Shown: piece after piece, positions 1 through 7,923 of the stretch | How positions within the stretch are numbered: the first letter of the stretch is position 1 | Layout of the letters: each line of letters starts with the position of its first letter | Assembly (NCBI GenBank): GCA_910584385.1 | Contig: CAJUAK010000003.1 | Location: 9,206-73,205, forward strand | Length of the DNA stretch: 64,000 bases | DNA from: an uncultured Alphaproteobacteria bacterium | GTDB lineage: Bacteria; Pseudomonadota; Alphaproteobacteria; RF32; CAG-239 | Direction of reading: 5' to 3' | The notes under the pieces: generated by a model | Databases searched by the model: none | Told to the model about the DNA's origin: nothing | What the model saw: only the letters and a program-made list of their open reading frames with translations | Translations under genes and position numbers: made by a program

Positions 1-570
1 ATGCATAACATTCGGCGCATCATGGAACACTTTGCCCAGGCCATGCCCGCAAAACATATCTACGACGGAATAACCATATTTATGGGCATATTCTTCAATT
101 ACCGCGCCAATATCCCCCATCCGGGCGCCCGGCTTTACGGCATCAATGCCGCGCATCATGCATTCATAAGTTACTTCGCAAAGGCGGGTTGCCTTTAATT
201 TCGGCTTGCCGGCATAATACATGCGGCTGGTATCGCCGTACCAACCATCCAAAATAACGGTTACGTCAATATTTAAAATATCCCCGTCTGCCAGTTTTCG
301 TTCATAACTCGGAATACCGTGGCAAATAACATGATTAATGGAAATGCAGGTGCATTTCGGATAGCCGTGATAGCCCAAACAAGCCGGAACGGCTCCGTGA
401 GACACGATATAATCACGCATTAAGTCGTCTAATTCCCCGGTTGAAACACCCACCTTCACAAATGGCGTAATATAATCTAAAACTTCGGCAGCCAACTTGC
501 CGGCTTTGCGCATCGGTTCAAAATCTTCCTTATCATACAAGACGACGCCGTCTTTCCTTTTTATAGACAC
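1..570 (-). CDS. map: Methionine aminopeptidase type I; the 3' end runs off the window and about 190 N-terminal aa are present
   Basis: I translated the minus strand from the GTG at 568-570: VSIKRKDGVVLYDKEDFEPMRKAGKLAAEVL...ICHGIP...DILNIDVTVILDGWYGDTSRMY...FCGHGLGKVFHD. These are MetAP-I metal-ligand motifs. The gene is missing from the ORF track because it has no in-window stop. Confidence 0.9.
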   Translation of the reverse strand, partial: MSIKRKDGVVLYDKEDFEPMRKAGKLAAEVLDYITPFVKVGVSTGELDDLMRDYIVSHGAVPACLGYHGYPKCTCISINHVICHGIPSYERKLADGDILNIDVTVILDGWYGDTSRMYYAGKPKLKATRLCEVTYECMMRGIDAVKPGARMGDIGAVIEEYAHKYGYSVVDMFCGHGLGKVFHDAPNVMH

Positions 571-582
571 TTTTTTTGCCTT

Positions 583-1281
583 TCAATAACTGATATTTAA
601 TTTTCTGCCTATTGATATACCTTTTTTATCAATCTTGCAACCATAACAAATAAATTCCAAGCCGTTTTTGGCTTCATCAAAAATCTTAGCGGCGGACACA
701 GGGTCTATGCTCCAGGAAAAGCGCACGTCCAGGCAATCTTGCCGGGGCGCAATCATAAAAACTTTGGTTTTATGCCCCTGCCGCCTTAAGCGGTGCATTT
801 CTTCAAACATCTGCAGTTCGAAAAAGCTGACCTGAGCCGGAAAAATGGCCGAGCCTTTGTCTTTATGATACATATTGGCAATGAAAACATAGCATTTTTC
901 ACCTTTATCATTGCTCAGTTCAAAATCGATATGGTTGATTTTTTCGCTTAAGTCAATCATCCTGATGCGGGAATAGGCATTAAAATCTTCAAGCACGCCT
1001 TCATGAAAAGCTTCCATAAACAATTCAAGATTATGCCCGGAGTTTACCAAAACCAAACCTTCGCCCCGGTTAACCAGTTCCAAATCATAAGGCACCCGCC
1101 GGCGCTTGTCTTTGGCGGGGGTTAAAAAAGCTTCGTTTCCGACTTGGTGCAAAACGGCAGAAGCCTCGCCTTCCGCGCAAAAGGCAGGAACAACCGTCCC
1201 GTCTTGCAGTTCCACATCCACAATCAGGCTTTTATACCGGCGCACAATCCGCCCTTTTATTAATTCATTTTCAAACAGCAA
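583..1281 (-). CDS. sfsA: Sugar fermentation stimulation protein SfsA family (DNA/RNA nuclease-like)
   Basis: 232-aa ORF. The N-terminus (GRIVRRYKSLIVDVEL.DG..V.AFC) and the overall length are typical of SfsA. Confidence 0.75.
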   Translation of the reverse strand: MLFENELIKGRIVRRYKSLIVDVELQDGTVVPAFCAEGEASAVLHQVGNEAFLTPAKDKRRRVPYDLELVNRGEGLVLVNSGHNLELFMEAFHEGVLEDFNAYSRIRMIDLSEKINHIDFELSNDKGEKCYVFIANMYHKDKGSAIFPAQVSFFELQMFEEMHRLRRQGHKTKVFMIAPRQDCLDVRFSWSIDPVSAAKIFDEAKNGLEFICYGCKIDKKGISIGRKLNISY

Positions 1282-1445
1282 AGGTTTTCCCCGTTTTTAT
1301 AATTACCACTATAAAAAATTTCCGGCAGATATGCAAGCGCCGTTTCTTAAGATTTTTCAAAATATCTTAAAATTTTCTATTGATATATTTCAAAGATTGC
1401 ATTAAAAAGCAAAGGTTAAACACTGTTTTTGTTTGGGAAGATAAT

Positions 1446-4082
1446 ATGACAACAACATTAAAAGACATTCGCAGCACTTACCTTAATTTTTTTGCTAAAA
1501 ACGGCCATAAAGTTATTCCGTCCAGCTCGCTGGTTCCGGATAACGACCCCAGCCTGATGTTTACCAATTCCGGCATGGTTCAGTTTAAAAATATTTTTAC
1601 CGGCAACGAAACGCGCGATTACACGCGAGCAACAACTTCCCAAAAATCAGTTCGTGCCGGCGGCAAGCATAATGACTTGGACTCTGTCGGCTATGACGTG
1701 CGCCACCACACTTTTTTTGAAATGCTCGGCAACTTCTCTTTTGGCGACTATTTTAAGGATGACGCCATTGCCTGGGCCTGGGAACTTTTAACAAAAGAAT
1801 TCTGCATGCCGAAAGACCGCCTGGCCGTAACGATTTATCATAATGACGACGAAGCGCACGACATTTGGAAAAAGGTTTCCGGACTGCCAGAAGACCGCAT
1901 TATCCGCATTGCGACCAAAGATAACTTTTGGCAAATGGGCGATACCGGCCCCTGCGGCCCCTGCTCTGAAATTTTTTATGACCACGGCCCCGAAGTTTGG
2001 GGCGGCCTGCCCGGCACGCCGGAAGAAGACGGCGACCGCTGGATTGAAATCTGGAACCTGGTATTTGACCAATTTGAAGATTTGCCTGACGGAACGCGTA
2101 TTCCGTTAAAACGCCCTTCTATCGACACCGGCATGGGTTTGGAAAGAATGTCTGCCATTTTGCAAGGCGTCCATTCAAATTTTGAAATTGACATCTTCCA
2201 AAATTTAATCGGCGCAATTGCCAATTTGGCAAATTCTGATCCGAACGGCCCGTTAAAAGCTTCCCATAACGTGATTGCCGACCACTTGCGCGCCATGAGC
2301 TTTTTGATTGCCGACGGCGTTCTGCCTTCAAACGAAGGGCGCGGATATGTTTTGCGCCGCATTATGCGCCGCGCCATGCGCCATGTCCATTTGCTGGGCG
2401 TGAATGAGCCGATGATGTATAAACTTCTTCCGGCTTTGCAAAAAGAAATGGGCGAGGCTTACCCTGAATTATACCGTGCAGAGGCTTTAATTACCGAAAC
2501 GCTAAAAACAGAAGAAAGCCGTTTTATCAAGACAATGGAGAAAGGGCTTAAACTTCTTGATGAAGAAACTGCAAACTTAAGCAAAGGCGATAAGCTCAGC
2601 GGCGAGACAGCTTTCAAGCTTTATGACACTTATGGCTTTCCTCTGGATTTGACACAAGATGCCCTCAAAAACAAAGGCATTGACGTTGATACAAAGGGCT
2701 TTGACGAAGCCATGGAAAGACAAAAAGCGGAAGCCCGCAAAAATTGGGCAGGAAGCGGAGACGCCGGAACAGAAAAAATCTGGTTTGAATGCCAGGATAA
2801 GCTCGGCGCTACGGAATTTTTAGGATATAACACGCTTAAGACAGAAGCGGAAATCACAGGCCTTGTCCAAGACGGAAAATCTGTTGACGAAGTTACCTCC
2901 GGCGAATTTTACCTCCTTTCCAACCAGACGCCTTTTTATGGCGAATGCGGCGGACAAGTCGGCGATATCGGCGTGATTAAAAATAAAGACTTTGAAGCGG
3001 AAGTTACTGATACCAAACGGAAACTGAACGACCTCTTTGTCCATATCTGCAAATTAAAATCCGGCACGGTTAAAGTCCACTCCTTTGCTTCTTTTGAAGT
3101 TGATGAGAAAAATCGCAACGACATTCGTGCCAACCATTCCGTAACCCATCTGGTTCACAAAGCCTTGCGGACAATTTTAGGCGAACATGTTACGCAAAAA
3201 GGCTCCCGGGTTGCGGCAGACGGCATGCGCTTTGACATTTCGCACCCCAGGCAAATTACGGCTGAAGAATTGCAAATGGCTGAAGACATGGTTAATGACG
3301 CCATCCGCCATGACTATCAGGTTGTTACCCGCATTATGACGCCGGACGAGGCTGTTAAATGCGGCGCTATGGCGCTCTTTGGCGAAAAATACGGTGATGA
3401 AGTGCGGGTTGTTTCCATGGAAGATGAAAACGGCGTTTATTCTATGGAACTCTGCGGCGGAACGCATGTTTTCAATACCGGAAACATCGGTTATTTTAAT
3501 ATTGTTTCAGAATCTGCCGTTGCGGCAGGCGTGCGCAGAATTGAATGCGTTACCGGACACGGGGCTGAGAAATATGTCCAGTCACTGGAAAATAAACTCC
3601 GCCATCTGGGCACGATGCTCAAATCAAACATTAATGATATTGAACAGAGAATCCAGAATCTGATGGAAGAAAAGAAAAAGCTGGAAGCAGACATCTTTAA
3701 CCTGAAAAAATCTTTTGTCAGCAACAAAACCGCAGACAATAAAGAAAAAATCGCCCAGGTTGGCGGCATTAATTTTGTTGCGAAAATTGTTGATAACATT
3801 CCGGCAAAAGAATTGAAGGCTTTTGTTGACGAAATTAAAGAACAAATTAAAAGCGGCATTATTGTCCTTATTTCCAAAACAGACGGCAAGGCCTCGGTCG
3901 TTATCGGCGTTACGGATGATTTGAAGGACAAACACCCGGCAACAGCCCTGATTAAAGAAATCGCCCCTTATGTCGGCGCTCAAGGCGGCGGCGGGCGTCC
4001 GGACATGGCTCAGACCGGCGGCAGCGATATTTCAAATATCGAATCGGGAATCGAATCCTTGAAGGCGAAAATTTCCGCTTAA
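1446..4082 (+). CDS. alaS: Alanine--tRNA ligase
   Basis: MTTTLKDIRSTYLNFFAKNGHKVIPSSSLVP..DPSLMFTNSGMVQFK and the class II AlaRS core are present, with the C-terminal editing motifs (HSVTHL) and C-Ala domain. I placed the start at the ATG at 1446, which matches the conserved N-terminus; the track ORF opens earlier at 1380. Confidence 0.97.
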   Translation: MTTTLKDIRSTYLNFFAKNGHKVIPSSSLVPDNDPSLMFTNSGMVQFKNIFTGNETRDYTRATTSQKSVRAGGKHNDLDSVGYDVRHHTFFEMLGNFSFGDYFKDDAIAWAWELLTKEFCMPKDRLAVTIYHNDDEAHDIWKKVSGLPEDRIIRIATKDNFWQMGDTGPCGPCSEIFYDHGPEVWGGLPGTPEEDGDRWIEIWNLVFDQFEDLPDGTRIPLKRPSIDTGMGLERMSAILQGVHSNFEIDIFQNLIGAIANLANSDPNGPLKASHNVIADHLRAMSFLIADGVLPSNEGRGYVLRRIMRRAMRHVHLLGVNEPMMYKLLPALQKEMGEAYPELYRAEALITETLKTEESRFIKTMEKGLKLLDEETANLSKGDKLSGETAFKLYDTYGFPLDLTQDALKNKGIDVDTKGFDEAMERQKAEARKNWAGSGDAGTEKIWFECQDKLGATEFLGYNTLKTEAEITGLVQDGKSVDEVTSGEFYLLSNQTPFYGECGGQVGDIGVIKNKDFEAEVTDTKRKLNDLFVHICKLKSGTVKVHSFASFEVDEKNRNDIRANHSVTHLVHKALRTILGEHVTQKGSRVAADGMRFDISHPRQITAEELQMAEDMVNDAIRHDYQVVTRIMTPDEAVKCGAMALFGEKYGDEVRVVSMEDENGVYSMELCGGTHVFNTGNIGYFNIVSESAVAAGVRRIECVTGHGAEKYVQSLENKLRHLGTMLKSNINDIEQRIQNLMEEKKKLEADIFNLKKSFVSNKTADNKEKIAQVGGINFVAKIVDNIPAKELKAFVDEIKEQIKSGIIVLISKTDGKASVVIGVTDDLKDKHPATALIKEIAPYVGAQGGGGRPDMAQTGGSDISNIESGIESLKAKISA

Positions 4083-4102
4083 GCGCCAAATTCAGTTTTT
4101 AG

Positions 4103-4137
4103 TCCGTGCTTTTAACCTTAAAAGCACGGATTTTTTT
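4103..4137 (+). terminator. Rho-independent terminator after alaS
   Basis: tccgtgctttta / taaaagcacgga stem followed by a T7 run. Confidence 0.85.
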
Positions 4138-4209
4138 AACTTAAATGAATTTTACTTCTTTGTTTTTGCTTGCTAAAATAAAAAAATGCATTTTTTGTCA
4201 TTTTTACTC

Positions 4210-4238
4210 TTGCATTTTGTCTATAAATTTGTTATATA
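4210..4238 (+). promoter_or_regulatory. Sigma70-like promoter for the small ORF at 4293
   Basis: TTGCAT (4210-4215), 17-nt spacer, TATATA (4233-4238), in a very AT-rich intergenic region. Confidence 0.5.
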
Positions 4239-4292
4239 TAATGCATCTTATAACGATTAATATATAATTATAAACCTAAAAATATAAAAAAT

Positions 4293-4631
4293 ATGTGCAA
4301 AATTCCAGAAATCCGTTTGAACGTGTTAGCTACCGCAGCTCAACTAAGAAAATTCAACACCATCGGTGACAATTTCGCCGCAGCTGTCTTCCTGACACTC
4401 TTCAAACCTTCTAAGAAATACCGATGGTCTGCCCGGGCCCCTTTCCCTGCCGTTATCTGCCACACAAAAGATGGAAACCTTGCTGTCTGCAATGCGGTTA
4501 CCGGCAAGAAAGAAGTCATCGAAGCCAACAGCTTCAAAGCCACGCCTCTTGGCGCCCGCTTCGAATACAAAGGGCACGTCTACGAGGCCGAATACCTCAA
4601 CGGGCTTCCTCGGTACTATTGTAAAAAATAA
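4293..4631 (+). CDS. Hypothetical small protein (112 aa), no family recognised
   Basis: The ORF shows strong frame-specific C-ending codon bias (7/7 Phe = TTC, 5/6 Tyr = TAC, 4/5 Ile = ATC). It is flanked by a promoter-like site and two downstream hairpins. No obvious SD. Confidence 0.55.
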   Translation: MCKIPEIRLNVLATAAQLRKFNTIGDNFAAAVFLTLFKPSKKYRWSARAPFPAVICHTKDGNLAVCNAVTGKKEVIEANSFKATPLGARFEYKGHVYEAEYLNGLPRYYCKK

Positions 4632-4677
4632 CTTGCTGCTTCTGCAAGCTTTTTTCTTACTAGCCATTAACTTAAGA

Positions 4678-4714
4678 ACGTCCGGACTTGTGAAAGCCCG
4701 GCGTTTTGCTTTTT
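4678..4714 (+). terminator. Hairpin plus T-rich tract in the small ORF / dut intergenic region
   Basis: acg(t)ccgg ... ccggcgt stem followed by tttgcttttt. Confidence 0.55.
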
Positions 4715-4776
4715 AAACAGGAACGTCTGAATGAAAACTTTCGGCATCCGCTTTGAATGAACGGAAAAACGGACAG

Positions 4777-5256
4777 CTATCTCCCGGTTGAACCCAAGCC
4801 GCCGGTGCCCCTGTCCGTATTAAGCGCCGCAAATTCTTCTTCGCTTATCTCTTCAAATTCTGCGTGGTAGGGAAATGGAAGTTCAACCTGGGCGATTTTG
4901 TCTCCGGGCTGGATTGTATAAATTTTTCCGCTGTTTTCGCTGTTGGTGTTCAGCAAGCCGATAAACCATTCGCCGCGGTAATCGGTATCAATAATCCCGG
5001 CAATGGTGATTATGCCATGTTTAATTGCCAATCCGCTGCGGGAACAAACCCGAAACCAGAATGGCGCTTCAGGAGCTGTTTTTATGCCTGTTGGCACGCC
5101 GATATGTTCTCCGGGATGCAGAACAACCGGCTCGTTTATGGCCGCACAAATGTCAAAGCAGGCGGCGCCAGCGCTTCCATAGCTTAAATTTGCAGAATTT
5201 TCAACATAATGGGGCAGTTTTACAAATTTAACCTTCGTTTTGAGAATTTCCACCAT
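4777..5256 (-). CDS. dut: dUTP diphosphatase
   Basis: GSAGAACFDI, SRSGLA and GIIDTDYRGE motifs of trimeric dUTPase. Confidence 0.93.
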   Translation of the reverse strand: MVEILKTKVKFVKLPHYVENSANLSYGSAGAACFDICAAINEPVVLHPGEHIGVPTGIKTAPEAPFWFRVCSRSGLAIKHGIITIAGIIDTDYRGEWFIGLLNTNSENSGKIYTIQPGDKIAQVELPFPYHAEFEEISEEEFAALNTDRGTGGLGSTGR

Positions 5257-5827
5257 AGGTACATTCCTCCAATATCCGCAGCAGCCTTTTTAAAACAGCC
5301 TGGTCGACAAAGCCGCCGGCTTTTACATAAATTGCCGTATGCACATTATCTTGCACAAAATCTTCCGTGATTTTACGATATTTTTTCTCAAGCACATTGA
5401 TACATGGCGTAATATCTATCCTTGTCCCTTCCAAATTTTTGTCCGGTTCGCCGTGGTAAACAGAATCGACAACAATATCGGGCATCAGCTTATTGCCGCC
5501 TTCCATAAATAATTTATAAACGCTGGCGCCGCCGGCAATATATAAATCATCCTCCACATCTTTAAATTCGTTAATGTCATTGACCACAAAATGGCGTTTT
5601 TTATCAGAAACTTCGTATTTGGGGTTTAAGGTCAACACATAGATATCGCGGTTTGGCAGCGTGCGCCCGGGAAAACTTTCGTAAGTTTTCTCTCCGGCAA
5701 CAAGCGTACATTCTTCCGTCATTTTGCGAAAGCGTTTAAAATCTGACGGGATGTGCCAGGGGATATTCGCCCCGATGCCAATCAGATTATCCCCTTTATG
5801 GCGGCACCAAATTGCAATTTTTGTCAT
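5228..5827 (-). CDS. folA: Dihydrofolate reductase-like protein (divergent, with a C-terminal extension)
   Basis: LIGIGANIPWHIPSDFKRFRKMT...VAGEKTYESFPGRTLPNRDIYVLT matches the DHFR IG..PW / D..F...T / G.KT.ES / LP.R pattern. The 3' end overlaps the dut start by 29 nt. Confidence 0.75.
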   Translation of the reverse strand: MTKIAIWCRHKGDNLIGIGANIPWHIPSDFKRFRKMTEECTLVAGEKTYESFPGRTLPNRDIYVLTLNPKYEVSDKKRHFVVNDINEFKDVEDDLYIAGGASVYKLFMEGGNKLMPDIVVDSVYHGEPDKNLEGTRIDITPCINVLEKKYRKITEDFVQDNVHTAIYVKAGGFVDQAVLKRLLRILEECTYGGNSQNEG

Positions 5828-5937
5828 CTGCCTCTCCTTTTGTGAATTTGAGATTGCTTTTTTTCATTATAAATAAAAAAAAATTTCCCATTCAAAAACA
5901 TCTCTTTTTCCCACAGCTTTTTATTCATATTTTTGAC

Positions 5938-5966
5938 TTGAAAAAAGCCAGAGAATCCCCTATATT
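5938..5966 (+). promoter_or_regulatory. Sigma70-like promoter for ssrA
   Basis: TTGAAA (5938-5943), 17-nt spacer, TATATT (5961-5966). Confidence 0.5.
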
Positions 5967-5972
5967 GAAAAT

Positions 5973-6285
5973 GCCGGTGCTTCATCGGCTATGACACTAG
6001 AGGCAGTATGAAATAGATATTTTGGACCCGGGGGCAGTACCCGGCACCTCCACCAAAACAAACAACGGGGGTGAAACAGGTTTGACAGGATATAGTAAAG
6101 ATATGTTAGCTGTGTTCGGTGAGATACCACCGTTATCGGTTCAAATTAAAATGAGTGCTAATGATAATTACGCTCCTGTTGCAGTAGCTGCTTAAGCCAA
6201 AGCAACAAACTTAAATCCTTTTAGCTATGGATAGCCGAAAGTGGGGAATGAGCCACCCAGCAACAGAACGGCTCGCTTACTTTAT
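5973..6285 (+). ncRNA. ssrA: Two-piece (circularly permuted) tmRNA: acceptor piece ending in CCA at 6055, coding piece starting GGGGGUGA at 6067
   Basis: ...CACCUCCACCA (6045-6055) lies upstream of GGGGGUGAAACAGG (6067-). The two form a 7-bp acceptor stem with a G3:U wobble, the AlaRS identity element. The tag reading frame is GCT AAT GAT AAT TAC GCT CCT GTT GCA GTA GCT GCT TAA (6157-6195), giving ANDNYAPVAVAA*. The outer boundaries are approximate. Confidence 0.85.
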
Positions 6286-6302
6286 TTAGGATGGGTGTAT
6301 TT

Positions 6303-6782
6303 ATGAGTAACGATATTTTAGAAATTAATTACGATAATCTGATTGAAAAATCACTTAAAAACGTGGTTATTGAAGCTTTAAAAATCGCTGAGGACAACGG
6401 GTTGCCCGGCGAGCACCATTTTTACATCACTTTTAAGACAAACCATCCGCGCACCAGAATTTCCGCACAGCTGCTTAACCAGTATCCTGATGAGATGACA
6501 ATTGTGCTGCAGCACCAATTTTCCAATCTGGAAGTGATGGAAAATAAGTTTTCCGTTGACCTTAGCTTTGGCGGCGTATTGCAGACTTTGACCATTCCTT
6601 TTGACGCGATTATCTATTTTGCCGACCCGCATGCCAAATTCGGGCTCAGCTTCAACAATGGCGAAGAAAGCCTGAACAAAGATTTGCAGAGCGATGACTT
6701 TCTGCCTGAAGAAAACAGCAAGAAAGTTTCCGGCGGCGAAACGGCCCGCGTTATTTCTATTGATGATTTTCGCAAAAAATAA
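6303..6782 (+). CDS. sspB: ClpXP adaptor SspB (alphaproteobacterial type)
   Basis: HHFYITFKT.HP......L...YPDEMTIVLQHQF..LEV....FSV.LSFGG....L.IPF.A...FADP...F.L.F matches the SspB fold signature, followed by an acidic C-terminal tail. I preferred the start at 6303 (MSNDIL) over 6291. Confidence 0.8.
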   Translation: MSNDILEINYDNLIEKSLKNVVIEALKIAEDNGLPGEHHFYITFKTNHPRTRISAQLLNQYPDEMTIVLQHQFSNLEVMENKFSVDLSFGGVLQTLTIPFDAIIYFADPHAKFGLSFNNGEESLNKDLQSDDFLPEENSKKVSGGETARVISIDDFRKK

Positions 6783-6986
6783 ATGAAAAAAAAATCTGTT
6801 ATTATCGCCAACCGCCATCAGACAAGCATTTCTCTTGAAGATGAATTCTGGGAAGAATTAAAGGCCATTGCCCAAAAAGAAAGCATGGCGATAAATCAGT
6901 TGGTTACCCTGATTGACAAAGAGCGGAAAGTTGAAAACCTCTCCAGCGCTATCCGGGTTTATATTTTAAAATACCTGAAAAAATAA
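6783..6986 (+). CDS. Ribbon-helix-helix domain protein (RHH_4-like)
   Basis: NRHQTSISLEDEFWEELKAIA....M.INQLV..ID.....NLSSAIRVYIL is typical of the small alphaproteobacterial RHH family. Confidence 0.7.
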   Translation: MKKKSVIIANRHQTSISLEDEFWEELKAIAQKESMAINQLVTLIDKERKVENLSSAIRVYILKYLKK

Positions 6987-7005
6987 ATCCCTTTTTATCT
7001 GCGCA

Positions 7006-7034
7006 TTGACAAGCAGCTTTTTATTCCTTATAGT
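7006..7034 (+). promoter_or_regulatory. Near-consensus sigma70 promoter
   Basis: TTGACA (7006-7011), exact 17-nt spacer, TATAGT (7029-7034). Confidence 0.7.
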
Positions 7035-7040
7035 TTTTTC

Positions 7041-7249
7041 AGACAGTACAAACTGTTTAGCGCCATTTGGCGCGAGGGCGTCAGAAACCCTTAATACGAC
7101 TGGTCGCTGCATTGCGACCTAAAATATTCATGCCGACTTTTGTCTTGGACGGATGTCGGCTAAATAAGGCTTTGCGCCGAATAGGCCGAGCCGTTCTAGT
7201 TGTATTACGGTTTCTGAACATCCGCCCACCTTTTTGGTGGGTTTTGTTT
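7041..7249 (+). ncRNA. Unassigned structured RNA of about 200 nt: either a 5' leader/attenuator of the lipoprotein gene or a 6S-like sRNA
   Basis: Long-range helix of about 26 bp: GGGCG / UCAGAAACC / UAAUAC / GACUGG (7076-7103) pairs with CUAGUU / GUAUUA / GGUUUCUGA / CGCCC (7196-7227). It encloses hairpins ggtcgc-tgcatt-gcgacc and gccgac-N17-gtcggc, and ends in an intrinsic terminator. No credible ORF. Confidence 0.5.
7225..7249 (+). terminator. Intrinsic terminator 20 nt upstream of the lipoprotein start codon
   Basis: cccacc-ttttt-ggtggg followed by ttttgttt. Its 5' arm shares nt 7225-7227 with the basal pairs of the long-range helix. Confidence 0.75.
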
Positions 7250-7269
7250 AACCTTAAACGGAGATGTTC

Positions 7270-7854
7270 ATGAAAAAATTATCCTTACTCAGCATATTTA
7301 TCCTCTCTGCCTGCGGCACGGTTTTCAGCGGCACAACACAAGACATCAGCATAGACGCCAATGTGCCGGATGTCACAATATTTGCCGATGGCGCAAAAAT
7401 CTGCACAACGCCCTGCATGTATCCGATAGAAAGGGCATCCGGAAGCGTTGCGATTATGGGCAAAAAAGCCGGTTATGAAGATGTGGTTATTCCTTTAAAA
7501 TCAAAAATCAACCCTGTCGCCTGGGGCAATATTACCTTTGTGTACAGCTGGACAACGGATGTTGTCAGCGGCGGCGCCTGGAAATATACAAGGGATGGTG
7601 TTTACTTAAATATGGAAAAGAAAAATATGCAAAAAGCCGAAATGGAAAAATTCAGGCTGGATTCAAAAATACGGCACTTCACCCTCATGAATTACAACCA
7701 GCTGCAGCTTGAAGCCGCTTCCCGCAATAACGGGCAATACACGGCTTCTTTATCCAAATTGAGCGGAATCCCTTCCGCAAAAATCCAACAGGCTCTGTTG
7801 TCTTCTCCGAGGGAGGTTGCTGCTGTTGAAAAAATTATGGAAATCGCCCATTAA
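7270..7854 (+). CDS. Lipoprotein with a PEGA-like domain
   Basis: MKKLSLLSIFILSAC is a lipobox (LSAC). DVTIFADGAKICTTPC...GKKAGYEDVVIPL resembles a PEGA domain. The SD ACGGAG sits 7 nt upstream of the ATG at 7270. Confidence 0.7.
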   Translation: MKKLSLLSIFILSACGTVFSGTTQDISIDANVPDVTIFADGAKICTTPCMYPIERASGSVAIMGKKAGYEDVVIPLKSKINPVAWGNITFVYSWTTDVVSGGAWKYTRDGVYLNMEKKNMQKAEMEKFRLDSKIRHFTLMNYNQLQLEAASRNNGQYTASLSKLSGIPSAKIQQALLSSPREVAAVEKIMEIAH

Positions 7855-7855
7855 T

Positions 7856-7882
7856 AAAAAGCCGGATAAAATCCGGCTTTTT
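7856..7882. terminator. Bidirectional terminator between convergent genes
   Basis: aaaaa-gccgga-taaaa-tccggc-ttttt. Confidence 0.8.
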
Positions 7883-7895
7883 ATTGTATCGAGAA

Positions 7896-7918
7896 AACCC
7901 CGCGTTTAACGCGGGGTT
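7896..7918 (-). terminator. Hairpin immediately after the cysS stop
   Basis: aaccccgcg-tttaa-cgcggggtt. On the minus strand it is followed by TTTTCTC. Confidence 0.6.
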
Positions 7919-7923
7919 GCTTT

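Noticed and set aside
1-198. Track ORF of 65 aa on the plus strand at the left edge
   Set aside because: It lies antisense to a clear methionine aminopeptidase reading frame on the minus strand. It has no motif and is a shadow ORF.
4293-4720. The idea that the GC-richer island with ORFs on both strands is a structured ncRNA rather than a gene
   Set aside because: The strong period-3, frame-specific C-ending codon bias in the plus frame (all Phe = TTC, and so on) favours translation. I saw no recognisable RNase P, SRP or 6S cores.
7141-7200. GCGCAAAGCC on the minus strand, reminiscent of the ACGCAAAGCC core of c-di-GMP-I (GEMM-I) riboswitches
   Set aside because: There is no gene downstream in that orientation. 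The other GEMM-I elements (GNRA tetraloop and receptor helices) are not evident. The promoter and terminator are both on the plus strand.
7067-7273. 68-aa plus-strand ORF (MARGRQKPLIRL...) covering the structured RNA region
   Set aside because: It has a non-ATG start, no SD and an Arg-rich low-complexity sequence, and it runs straight through a terminator hairpin. The region is better explained as RNA.
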